64,000 nucleotides of DNA from a virus: positions 42,511 through 106,510 of IMG/VR virus record IMGVR_UViG_3300036760_001167; one strand, 5' to 3'. The notes beneath the pieces are model-generated. The model did not search any database. It was not told the DNA's origin and was given only the letters and a program-made list of their open reading frames with translations. This document shows positions 48,899-57,050 of this stretch, piece by piece (within the stretch, counting starts at the first letter, position 1; each line of letters begins with the position of its first letter). Both the position numbers and the translations under genes were made by a program.

Positions 48899-49183
48899 TC
48901 AGGAGTCCAGTCCGTGGAAGGGGTCTGCTTCGATCTTGGCCTGGAGGGCGGCGGCGGCGGCGGTGCGCTTCGCGTCCTGCGTGCGCTGCCAGTCCGCGGA
49001 GGCCGCTGCCTCGATGCGCGCGACGTGGCCGCTGTTGGTGACGACGCTGCCGTCCTCGCGGAGGAGCTCCCACATAGTGTCGCCCGCGCCCGCCGCGCGC
49101 TCGGTGGGCCGGATGGTGGCAACGCTCTTCGCGGTGTACCCCTTCGGCAACCTCATTCCCGTCTCCTTCTTCGTCGTGGTCAT
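48899..49183 (-). CDS. Hypothetical protein, leaderless
   Basis: ATG 6 nt after GATAAT (49195-49190). Confidence 0.65.
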   Translation of the reverse strand: MTTTKKETGMRLPKGYTAKSVATIRPTERAAGAGDTMWELLREDGSVVTNSGHVARIEAAASADWQRTQDAKRTAAAAALQAKIEADPFHGLDS

Positions 49184-49456
49184 GCTTCTATTATCGGCTG
49201 CGCGGGCCCTCCGGCGTACCGCCCGGAAGGCTGGTGTCTCGCAGGGGGCGGCCTAGGTCGAAGGGCCCGGGGAAGGTAAGGTTTCCTTACCTTCTCGCGC
49301 GAGGGTCTACGCTGCCGGGCCTGACCGCGGCGGAGCGCGGCGCGTGCGGGCCGACGCCCGCGCCTCTGTCGCTCGGCCTGTGCCAGTGCGGCGCGCCGCG
49401 CTGCCCGCAGCGCGGGTCGGAGCACTGGTCGCCGAGCGCCTCGCGCGGCGCACCGC

Positions 49457-50074
49457 TCATCCGCGCGCCTCGAGCTCGGCCTCGATGGCGGCGATCGCCT
49501 CCGCGTCGTCGTTCTCGCGGAGCACGTCGGCCAGCGTGCGGCGGAGCTTCTCGTCGCCCATCGACCCGAAGTTGCGGAGCCTCCCGCTCGGGCCGCGGCC
49601 GACGCCGGTCTTGATCTCGGGCTCGGCGTCCTCGTCCGTGCCGATCGGCTCGCTGTCCAGGCCCGTCGCGTCGCGCGCCTCGGGCGCCGCCGCGGCGGCG
49701 AGCATCCCGTCGAGCATGCGGCCCAGCTCCTCGTCCTTCTCGTCGCTCGGGTCCTCGCCGATGAAGACGACGCGGAGCTCTGCGACGCGGCCCTCGTCGT
49801 TGCGCCGGACGAAGACGGGGTACTGCCCGTCGCCGTACCCGCTCGAGACCACGATGCCGACGCCGCTCCCGCCGATCGCCTGCGCCACGTCGCTCATGGC
49901 GGTGTGCGGGCCGTGCTCCGCTGCCGCGCCGAAGCTCTCGGGCCAGGTGCGCTCGAGGAACTCCTGCCAGGTCTCGACGGCGCTGGTCGCGTCGCGCCCC
50001 TGCGTGTAGCACGGGTCGCCGACCATCACGCAGCCGGCGTCCACGCTGATCGTTCCTGCGCTCTCCCAAGTCAT
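49457..50074 (-). CDS. DUF4241-like protein
   Basis: VDAG..MVGDPCY...SGYGDGQYPV. Confidence 0.65.
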   Translation of the reverse strand: MTWESAGTISVDAGCVMVGDPCYTQGRDATSAVETWQEFLERTWPESFGAAAEHGPHTAMSDVAQAIGGSGVGIVVSSGYGDGQYPVFVRRNDEGRVAELRVVFIGEDPSDEKDEELGRMLDGMLAAAAAPEARDATGLDSEPIGTDEDAEPEIKTGVGRGPSGRLRNFGSMGDEKLRRTLADVLRENDDAEAIAAIEAELEARG

Positions 50075-50785
50075 CTCGCTGCCTCCTGTTCCGCGCGCCT
50101 CCGCGCCTCCCACTCCTCGATGGTGCTGACCCGGACGGGATGCACCTCGCTGTCCTTGACGCGCCACGGGACGACGCGCCGGCCCTTCGGCCCTTCGCAC
50201 CGCACAAGCGACTCGCCCATGCCGCGCTTCGCCTCCGACCACTTCGCCTTGGCCGCGGGCATCAGGCACCTAGCGCCTTCGCCGCCGCCTCACCCGCGTC
50301 GTCGACGTACACGATCACGGCCCTGGTGGCGCCCGCCGATCGGGCGACGGACTCTAGCGCGCCGGACAAGCCCGGCGCGAGCTCCTCACCCGCGGGCAGC
50401 TCCAGCGCCAGCATGACGCATGACCTCGAGCCGCGTGAGCTCGAGGGCCCTATCTCCCCGCGGCGCGGACCCTGTCGCGCGCGTACAGCGAGGCCGAGCT
50501 GGCCGAGTACCGAGCAGGACTGACCGCGCGGTACGCGCGGCTCAGCGGCAAGAGAGGAGCGCAGCATGAAGACGGAGGCAGAGGAGCGGGAGCAGCGGCA
50601 CGCGCGCTGGGACCGCGAGCACCACGCGGCGATGGCGGCTGTGAGCCGTTGCTTCCGCTCGACGAGCGAGTCGAACCACGCCTGCCTTACGCTCTTACGC
50701 TCGTGGCCGCGGGCGCACGTCGCCAGGTCGGAGTTCATGCGGTCCAGCTCGCGGCAGATCCTGCAGTCGCGCTGCTCGGTCGCCA

Positions 50786-51700
50786 TTAGATGGTCGCCGC
50801 CTGGTCGGCCACTGTGCAGTCGGCCGCGGCCTTGTCGGTGCGGACCCGCTTGAACTGCGGGTGCCGCAGCCCGCCGGTCGGCATGAGCCCCATGTGGGCG
50901 ATCTCGACGACTTGCCCCTTGAGGCTGCCGCCGCGCCACGCGGCGGTGAAGCTCGCGCGCTCCGCGTCGTCCATGCCGCTGCACTGGCCTTGCTCGACGA
51001 GGACGCCGTCGGCGTCGAACTGGCCGAAGACCAGCGCGCCGACCTGGTTGAGGAACTTGCCCTTGCCCTCGGTCGCACCCATCAGCACGACGTCCGCGGT
51101 CCACGTCGCCTTGACCTTGAACCAGCCCGCGCCCCGCTTGCCGCTCGCGTACCGCGCGCCCGGGTCCTTGACGATGGCGCCCTCGAAGCCCTGCGCGATG
51201 AGCTCGGCGACGCGCGCCTCGCTGTTCTCCCACTGCGGCGCGATCTGGATGCAGGCCGCGAAGTCGTAGGCGGAGAGGGCCGCGTCGAGGAACGCGCGGC
51301 GGTCGCGGAGCGGCAGCGCCCGCGTGTCCTTGGAGTCGAACTCCAGGACGTCGAAGACGACGTACGTGATGCGCGCCTCGAGCGGGCGGTAGGAGTCGCT
51401 GCCGAGCACCTGCTGCGCGATGCCCCAGTCGTTCGTGCAGTCGTCCTTGAAGCTGCACGCCTCGCCGTCGAGCCAGGTGCCGACGGGCAGCGCCATGAGC
51501 TCGGCCTCGACCGATCGCAGGAGGCCGCTCTTCTCGGCGCCGCTGCGCGCGAAGATCCGCACGCGGTCCGTGTCGCGGTAGGCGTAGATCCGGTGTCCGT
51601 CGTACTTGATCTCGAGGAGCGTGCAGCGCGCGAGGTCTGCGGGCTTCGGCTTCCCGGCCAGCTGGCCGAGCGCGTTGACGCGCGTCTCTTCGGGCCTCAC
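50786..51700 (-). CDS. ATP-dependent DNA ligase
   Basis: EIKYDGHR, LDGE, VFDVL, EGAIVK, WFKVK, LRHPQF..VR.DK. Confidence 0.92.
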   Translation of the reverse strand: MRPEETRVNALGQLAGKPKPADLARCTLLEIKYDGHRIYAYRDTDRVRIFARSGAEKSGLLRSVEAELMALPVGTWLDGEACSFKDDCTNDWGIAQQVLGSDSYRPLEARITYVVFDVLEFDSKDTRALPLRDRRAFLDAALSAYDFAACIQIAPQWENSEARVAELIAQGFEGAIVKDPGARYASGKRGAGWFKVKATWTADVVLMGATEGKGKFLNQVGALVFGQFDADGVLVEQGQCSGMDDAERASFTAAWRGGSLKGQVVEIAHMGLMPTGGLRHPQFKRVRTDKAAADCTVADQAATI

Positions 51701-52126
51701 GACTTCGTCGCCTTGTTCGTCGCTGCTCCGCAGGTTGGGCAAACGTTCTTCGGCATCTCTGCCGCGAGCCACTCCATGCCCTTGGCGGGCGCGAGCGGCT
51801 TGTGCGTGCACTTGTTCACGGTGCGCTCCTAACGGTAGGCGCGGCGGAGGCCGCGCGCGAGTGCTGCGGTTATCTGGTCGGAGGAGAGCGCGCCGCGCGC
51901 GGGCTTCGCGGCGGGGCGCTGCGCGGCCGCGCGGCGGAGCCCTCTCACGATTGCCTGGCGGGTCTGCTCGTTCGTCCTCATGCCTTCATTATCGGCTCTT
52001 CGGGCCGTGCGGAGGATGGGCCTATCGGGCCGTCTTCTGGCGGCCGGCGGCCTAGACCCTTGGTCCAGTATAATCACGGCCGAGTGATTCCAAGCCAGAT
52101 GGCCGTCGCTTTCAAGGGATAGCAAC

Positions 52127-52519
52127 ATGCCAGCATGCTACCATAGTTGGGTAAGGGAGGGAAGCGCCGCCCGTCAGCCGGCCGCCCGGATCGTCACCCC
52201 GGCTGATCTCCGCGCGACGCTGCTCGAGGTGGGGCCGGTCTGCGTCGGCGTCGACTGGTTCACGTCGATGGACTCGCCCGTCCAGGAGCACGACAACTCC
52301 TACCTCCCCGTCGACTTCGCGTCCGCGGTCCGCGGAGGCCACGAGTTCGTGCTCAACGCGATCGACCTCGAGCCCGCGGCCGGCCCGCCGTTCTACCGCA
52401 TGAAGAACAGCTGGGGCAAGGGCTGGGCGCACGGCGGCACCGCGCGGATCGCCTGCGCGAAGATGGAGGCGCTCCTGTTCGGGTACGGCGGCGACGCGGT
52501 CCTGATCGACGAGGTATGA
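52127..52519 (+). pseudogene. C-terminal fragment of a papain-like (C1) peptidase
   Basis: GPV.VG..W, GGH and KNSWG..W present; catalytic-Cys half missing; opposite strand to rest of window. Confidence 0.65.
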
Positions 52520-52531
52520 CAAGGAGGCACC

Positions 52532-52906
52532 GTGAGCACCATCCAGAGGACCGTGACCGTGACCGCCGGGGCCGAGGGAGCGGCGAGACCGTCGCCGACC
52601 TGAGGCACGTGCGGAAGATCGTCAAGACGCTCATCGCGGGCCACCGCCGCAGACAAGGGTGTCGCGGCGCTCGAGCTCGTGTCGGACCCCGACGGCCCGG
52701 CCGAGGAGCAGCACTTCCTCGTGACCGGCGCCGCGGGCGACTACACCTTCGGGACGCCCATCGAGAAGGACGACGGCAGCGGCCAGACGACGGGCGGGGA
52801 CTTCGCGTACTCCGACAACATCGAGGTCGGCCCCAGGATCGGGCTCCGCATCAGCGGCGCCAGCGAGGGCGACGCGTACGACGTGACCTTCACGTTCGAG
52901 ATCTGA
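52532..52906 (+). pseudogene. Frameshifted gene remnant (beta-rich, virion-protein-like)
   Basis: AGGAGG RBS + GTG. Coding frame switches near 52578 and back near 52640, with an in-frame TGA at 52601. Confidence 0.55.
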
Positions 52907-52910
52907 CGCG

Positions 52911-52983
52911 TAGGCACCGAGGGACTCGAACCCTCGACCCGCTCCGTGTGAAAGAGCCGCTCTGGCCGCTGAGCTAGGCGCCT
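52911..52983 (-). tRNA. tRNA-Val(CAC)
   Basis: Cloverleaf; loop TT CAC AC. Confidence 0.9.
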
Positions 52984-52984
52984 G

Positions 52985-53060
52985 TAACGGTGGCCGGATT
53001 CGGACCGGCGATCTCGGGATTATGAGCCCCGCGGGGACGGCCAGACTCCCCTACACCGCA
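52985..53060 (-). tRNA. tRNA-Met(CAT), initiator-like
   Basis: Loop CT CAT AA, 1:72 mismatch, G-rich anticodon stem. Confidence 0.8.
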
Positions 53061-53061
53061 G

Positions 53062-53132
53062 TAGTCCCAGCGGGGGTCGAACCCGCGCCGACGGCTTGAG
53101 GGGCCGGCGTCCTTCCACTAGACCATGGGACC
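53062..53132 (-). tRNA. tRNA-Glu(CTC)
   Basis: Loop CC CTC AA. Confidence 0.85.
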
Positions 53133-53142
53133 GCGCACTTCG

Positions 53143-53215
53143 TGGACCGCCACGGACTCGAACCGTGACCTCACCGATGAAGAGTCGGGTGTGCTGCCTC
53201 TAACACCTGCAGTCC
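53143..53215 (-). tRNA. tRNA-Lys(CTT)
   Basis: Loop CT CTT CA. Confidence 0.8.
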
Positions 53216-53216
53216 G

Positions 53217-53290
53217 TAGGAACGGGCGGTCTCGAACCGCCGACCTCCGCCTTATCAGGGCGGCGCTCTAACCTGCTGAGCTACGTTCCA
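53217..53290 (-). tRNA. tRNA-Ile(GAT)
   Basis: Loop CT GAT AA. Confidence 0.9.
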
Positions 53291-53291
53291 G

Positions 53292-53363
53292 AGCCGGCTC
53301 CAGGACTCGAACCCGGACTGCCACCTTACGACGGGGGCGTGCTGCCATTGACACTAAGTCGGC
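53292..53363 (-). tRNA. tRNA-Thr(CGT)
   Basis: Loop GT CGT AA. Confidence 0.8.
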
Positions 53364-53440
53364 ATGCGACCGGCGGCCCCGCTACCGCGTTCCCCCGGAC
53401 GTTGTCCGGGTTGCCGCGGGCCACGAGCTGCCTGTCAGCG

Positions 53441-53513
53441 AGCGGTGCACGGGGCTCGAACCCGCAACCTCCACCTTGGCAAGGTGGCGTGCAACCAGTT
53501 ACACCTGCACCAC
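53441..53513 (-). tRNA. tRNA-Gly(GCC)
   Basis: Loop TT GCC AA, U73. Confidence 0.88.
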
Positions 53514-53590
53514 GTGTGCCAGGGTCCCTCCCCGCAACCCGCGACTTGCCGACGCCGGCAGTCTCGCGCGGTACCTGGCCTACGGCTTCG

Positions 53591-53662
53591 AGCGTCGTCA
53601 GGGACTCGAACCCTGGCCGCCGGGTTGGAGGCCCGGTGCATCTTCCCTTCTGCCAACGACGC
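53591..53662 (-). tRNA. tRNA-Gly(TCC)
   Basis: Loop CC TCC AA, U73. Confidence 0.85.
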
Positions 53663-53756
53663 GTTGGTGACCGGCGAGCCCGCCGTCGATCTAAGCGGGA
53701 GGCTGTCAGACCCCGCGCCGCACGGCTTACCTTCGCCGCGGCCGACTCGCCGATCG

Positions 53757-53829
53757 TGTGCCAAGCAGGCCTCGAACCTGCGACCTCCCGCGTTTCGAGC
53801 GGGCGCTCTCCCAGCTGAGCTACAGACAC
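53757..53829 (-). tRNA. tRNA-Phe(GAA)
   Basis: Loop TC GAA AC. Confidence 0.85.
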
Positions 53830-53910
53830 GCGTGGAGCGCCGGCCCGCAGTTTTTGTACTGGTGGGAACCAGTCGCCCAGGCGCTACCCGAGCAGAATCG
53901 CGGTGCTCCG

Positions 53911-53983
53911 TGGACCACCGGGGAATCGAACCCCGGACCTCCGCCGTGCGAAAGCGGCGCTCTACCAACTGAGCTAGCAGCCC
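53911..53983 (-). tRNA. tRNA-Ala(CGC)
   Basis: Loop TT CGC AC, G3:U70. Confidence 0.92.
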
Positions 53984-53998
53984 ATGCCTTGAGACGTG

Positions 53999-54008
53999 AT
54001 CATACCAC
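53999..54008 (-). promoter_or_regulatory. Extended -10 (GTGGTATGAT) internal to tRNA array
   Basis: Identical 10-mer at 55100-55109, upstream of the array. Confidence 0.6.
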
Positions 54009-54021
54009 GTCCCGCCGATCG

Positions 54022-54107
54022 CGGTGAGCGGAGGAGTCGAACCCCCAGCCGGCTCTCGCCGGCGGCGCGCTTAGCGGGCGGCCTGCCTTGCCTGTAGCGA
54101 GCTCACC
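54022..54107 (-). tRNA. tRNA-Ser(GCT), atypical
   Basis: Long variable arm; loop CC GCT AA; weak D and anticodon stems. Confidence 0.7.
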
Positions 54108-54108
54108 G

Positions 54109-54180
54109 AGGCACGAGCCGGACTCGAACCGGCGGATGCGGGGGTTGCGGCCCCGCGCGTTACCACTTCGCCACCGTGCC
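54109..54180 (-). tRNA. tRNA-Cys(GCA)
   Basis: Loop CC GCA AC, U73. Confidence 0.9.
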
Positions 54181-54185
54181 GTACG

Positions 54186-54271
54186 CGGAAGGTCGAGGGT
54201 TCGAACCCCCGCGGCTCACGCCGCGACCCGGTATTCGACGCCGGTTGCCGGCCTCTCCAGCATGACCTTCC
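54186..54271 (-). tRNA. tRNA-Ser(CGA)
   Basis: Long variable arm; loop GT CGA AT; G73. Confidence 0.8.
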
Positions 54272-54272
54272 G

Positions 54273-54343
54273 CGGGCGCTCGAGGTGACGATCCCCGGAC
54301 GGCGGGGTTTGGAATCCCGCCTGCGACCCAACGCGCCGCGCCC
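54273..54343 (-). tRNA. tRNA-Trp(CCA), atypical
   Basis: Loop TT CCA AA; divergent T-loop (ATCGTCA) and short D arm. Confidence 0.65.
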
Positions 54344-54356
54344 GTGTGGTGCCTTC

Positions 54357-54429
54357 GGGTGATCGAGCGGAATCGAACCGCCGTCACGCGGACCACGACC
54401 GCGCGCTCTGCCACTGAGCTACGAACACC
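54357..54429 (-). tRNA. tRNA-His(GTG)
   Basis: Loop TC GTG GT, G-1:C73. Confidence 0.88.
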
Positions 54430-54430
54430 G

Positions 54431-54504
54431 CGCGCCGCGAAGGATTCGAACCCTCGACCTCCCGGTCCGTAGCCGGGCGCTCTGTCCAGCTGAGCTAGCA
54501 GCGC
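54431..54504 (-). tRNA. tRNA-Arg(ACG)
   Basis: Loop CT ACG GA. Confidence 0.92.
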
Positions 54505-54531
54505 ATCTCGTACGTACAACGTGTGCACGCG

Positions 54532-54604
54532 CGGGGCCGACGGGAGTCGAACCCGCCTCACCGGCGTGACAAGCCGGCGGCCTCGACCGGATGCCTCCGG
54601 CCCC
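54532..54604 (-). tRNA. tRNA-Asp(GTC)
   Basis: Loop TT GTC AC, G73. Confidence 0.88.
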
Positions 54605-54605
54605 G

Positions 54606-54677
54606 TACCTCCCCGAGGACTCGAACCTCGCTTCTCCCGGTCCAGAGCCGGGCGTGTTACCGCTGCACCAGAGAGGT
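54606..54677 (-). tRNA. tRNA-Gln(CTG)
   Basis: Loop CT CTG GA. Confidence 0.8.
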
Positions 54678-54688
54678 CTGGTCGATCG

Positions 54689-54759
54689 CTGGGACGCAGG
54701 GGGTCGAACCCCGATGAGCGCGTGAACAGCGCGCCGTCCTACCATTGAACGACGTCCCA
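54689..54759 (-). tRNA. tRNA-Asn(GTT)
   Basis: Loop CT GTT CA, G73. Confidence 0.85.
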
Positions 54760-54760
54760 A

Positions 54761-54840
54761 AGCGCAGGCGCTCTCCTTGAGCTAACGCCACGACCAGAGG
54801 CCGCCGGCGCACGCGACTCGACTCGCGCGTCTCCTGCTCG
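54761..54840 (-). ncRNA. Circularly permuted tRNA-like RNA (YrlA/Y-RNA-like topology)
   Basis: 5'-GCAGG, variable loop, T-like arm, loop-closed acceptor-like stem, TA-GCTC-AAGGA-GAGC D arm, CCTGC-3'. Confidence 0.6.
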
Positions 54841-54914
54841 TAGGCGAGGTGGGGGTCGAACCCACAAGCGACGAGGTCTGAGCTCGCCAGGTATACCAGT
54901 TCCCGTCACTCGCC
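54841..54914 (-). tRNA. tRNA-Leu(CAG) with short variable loop
   Basis: Loop CT CAG AC; A73; no long variable arm. Confidence 0.8.
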
Positions 54915-54972
54915 CGAGTGATCCGTGGTCAGCTATGCTGCGCGGCTGATCGCCGCTGGGCATATCGTAGGG

Positions 54973-55046
54973 TCGGGGCGGTCGGATTCGAACCGACGTT
55001 CTCGTGGTCCCAGGCCACGCGGGTTGCCAGGCTTCCCCACGCCCCG
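54973..55046 (-). tRNA. tRNA-Pro(TGG)
   Basis: C1:G72, loop CC TGG GA. Confidence 0.9.
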
Positions 55047-55515
55047 CATGGCGGTCGTGGTCGGTCGATCCCGGAAGTGGCTGCCGCGTTCATGGGCGCA
55101 TCATACCACGTGAGAATGAGTCCGCGCGCCGGCCGCCGACGGAGGAAGGCGGGCGGCGCGCGGACGTTAGCTCTGCGGGCGCCGGTAGATCTCGCCGGTC
55201 GCGCGCCGGATGCCGACGCGCCCCGCGCGGATCTCCTCGAGCACCAGGTCCGTCAGGGTCTGCCGGAGGTCGCTGCTCGGGCGGCCGCGGCTGAGCCGCA
55301 CGCCGCCCGCGAGCTGCGCGAGCTCGTGCGTGCCCGTCGCCTCCAGCCTGTCCCGGATCTCCTGCCTCTTCATCGGGCCCTCCTCCTCGCCGTCCGCTGC
55401 CCGACGCGTGCGCGGCTGCGCTTCGCGCGGTCGATCGCCTCCTCGACCGCGGCCCGCGTCGACCGCCGCCTCCCCGCCAGGAGCTGCCTGCCGCGGAGGA
55501 GCAGCGGCCTGTCGG

Positions 55516-56640
55516 TCACCATCCCTCCGCGTCGCGATCGCCGCAGATGACGGGCGCCTGGACCGTGATGCCGTGCTCGGGCGTCACGACCATGAGCGCC
55601 TGCTGCGACGGCTCCGGCGCGAACTGCCCGTCCGAGGCGTACTCGTCGTACCCCTTGAGCGAGCCGTTCATGATCAGTCCCTGCGAGTACGCGGGGACGT
55701 ACTGGTGGAAGTGGCCGTACAGCCCGTACCTGAACGGGCGGCCCATCTCCTGGCGCTTCTTCGTCTTGCGCAGGTTGCCGCGCTTGACGGGCCCGAAGGA
55801 GCCGATCTCGCTGGTCCCGTTGAAGCGCAGGTTGTCGCCGTGCTCCATCGAGAACACGCTGCCGTAGACGGTGAAGTCCACGTCCGCGCTCTCGGGGATG
55901 TCGAACGTGATCGGGTCGTCAGGGCTGCGCCCCTCCTCGGGGCCGGCCAGGTTGATCGCGAGCAGCCGCGCGATGTGGGTGTCCGCGTTGTTCTCCGAGC
56001 GCTTCTTGTGCCGCGGCTTCTTGGAGTTGCGGCCGTGGTTGCCGGGCGCGGAGACGACGTGGACCTTGCCGAACTCCTCCGCGAACATCTCGACGCCCGC
56101 CTGGAGCCACGGGAGGCAGGTCTCGACGGTGCGGAGCGTGCTCTGCTCGTTCGTCTCGACCAGCTCGTCGTGAATGTCGCCGGAGACCATGTCGCCGCCG
56201 AGCGCCAGCACGATCCCGTCGTACTCGACGCCGGCCAGGTAGTTCCTCGCGACGCGGATCGTCCGCTCGAAGAACCGCTGCGTCCGCTTCTCCGCGATCT
56301 CGAGGTTGTACGCGTTGTACCCGCCGAGCTCGCCAGGCTGCACGACCTCGCCGTAGTGCGCGTCCGAGAACATCGCGACCAGCGTCCCCTGGTGGTGCTC
56401 GCCGTCGCGGACCTCGCCGAGCCACGCGGGCCTGTCGCCGAAGTCCCGCCTGTACAGCGAGAGCTCCGTCGCGAGCTCGTCCGCCTCGGCGGTCGACTCG
56501 CGGAGCTGCGCCGCCACCGCGTCTCGGTCCTTCTTGAGCTTGGTCCCCGCCTCGCGGAGGCGGAAGTTCTGCTCGCGGAGCTGCTCCTGCGTCGCCTTCT
56601 CCCCGAGCTCCTCGAGCGCCTTGCCGAAGTCTCCCTGCAC
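55516..56640 (-). CDS. Calcineurin-like metallophosphoesterase with N-terminal coiled coil
   Basis: SDAHYG, GGDMVSGDIH, PGNHGR, HGD, GHFHQ. Confidence 0.88.
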   Translation of the reverse strand: MQGDFGKALEELGEKATQEQLREQNFRLREAGTKLKKDRDAVAAQLRESTAEADELATELSLYRRDFGDRPAWLGEVRDGEHHQGTLVAMFSDAHYGEVVQPGELGGYNAYNLEIAEKRTQRFFERTIRVARNYLAGVEYDGIVLALGGDMVSGDIHDELVETNEQSTLRTVETCLPWLQAGVEMFAEEFGKVHVVSAPGNHGRNSKKPRHKKRSENNADTHIARLLAINLAGPEEGRSPDDPITFDIPESADVDFTVYGSVFSMEHGDNLRFNGTSEIGSFGPVKRGNLRKTKKRQEMGRPFRYGLYGHFHQYVPAYSQGLIMNGSLKGYDEYASDGQFAPEPSQQALMVVTPEHGITVQAPVICGDRDAEGW

Positions 56641-56889
56641 TTACGCCTCCTTGGGCTTGTGCGGCGTCTCGAAGTGCACGCGCACCCTCTTGGTGGCGGT
56701 GTCCTTCGTGACGTTCGGGTCGATGACCGCCAGCTTCTGGAGGGCCACCGCGATGATGCTGTACGGGGCGCCGCTCGCGCGGGCCGCCTCGACGTTCGCG
56801 CGCTCCGAGTACTCGCAGATCGCGCACACCGTTCCCTGTGCCTTGAGCAGCTCGCCGATCACGTCGGCGAAGGTCTCCTTGGGTGCCAC
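56641..56889 (-). CDS. Hypothetical protein
   Basis: GGAGG RBS, GTAGAAT promoter near 56928-56934, CxxC. Confidence 0.6.
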   Translation of the reverse strand: MAPKETFADVIGELLKAQGTVCAICEYSERANVEAARASGAPYSIIAVALQKLAVIDPNVTKDTATKRVRVHFETPHKPKEA

Positions 56890-57050
56890 CTCTTCCTCCT
56901 CCGTCCCTCGCTGTTTCCGCTGTCTTTATTCTACCCCTCCGCCCGGCGGCCGGAGGTGTTACTCCGGTGTCACTGCGACGGTGCGACCGCGCCCCGGCGT
57001 TTCCGGCGCCGGCGCGCCGGGGGAAGGGGCCCCCTCCCTTCCGGCGGGCG

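Noticed and set aside
53364-53590. tRNA-associated HDV-like (theta) ribozymes
   Set aside because: I could not build the nested double pseudoknot by eye; retained only as unexplained structured spacers.
53830-53910. preQ1-I riboswitch or tmRNA
   Set aside because: Hairpin plus A-tract resembles preQ1-I, but the loop is too short and no gene follows; far too short for tmRNA and has no T arm.
52911-55046. Stop-codon recoding or suppressor tRNAs
   Set aside because: No CTA/TCA/TTA anticodon found, and conserved genes are intact under the standard code with TGA/TAG/TAA as stops.
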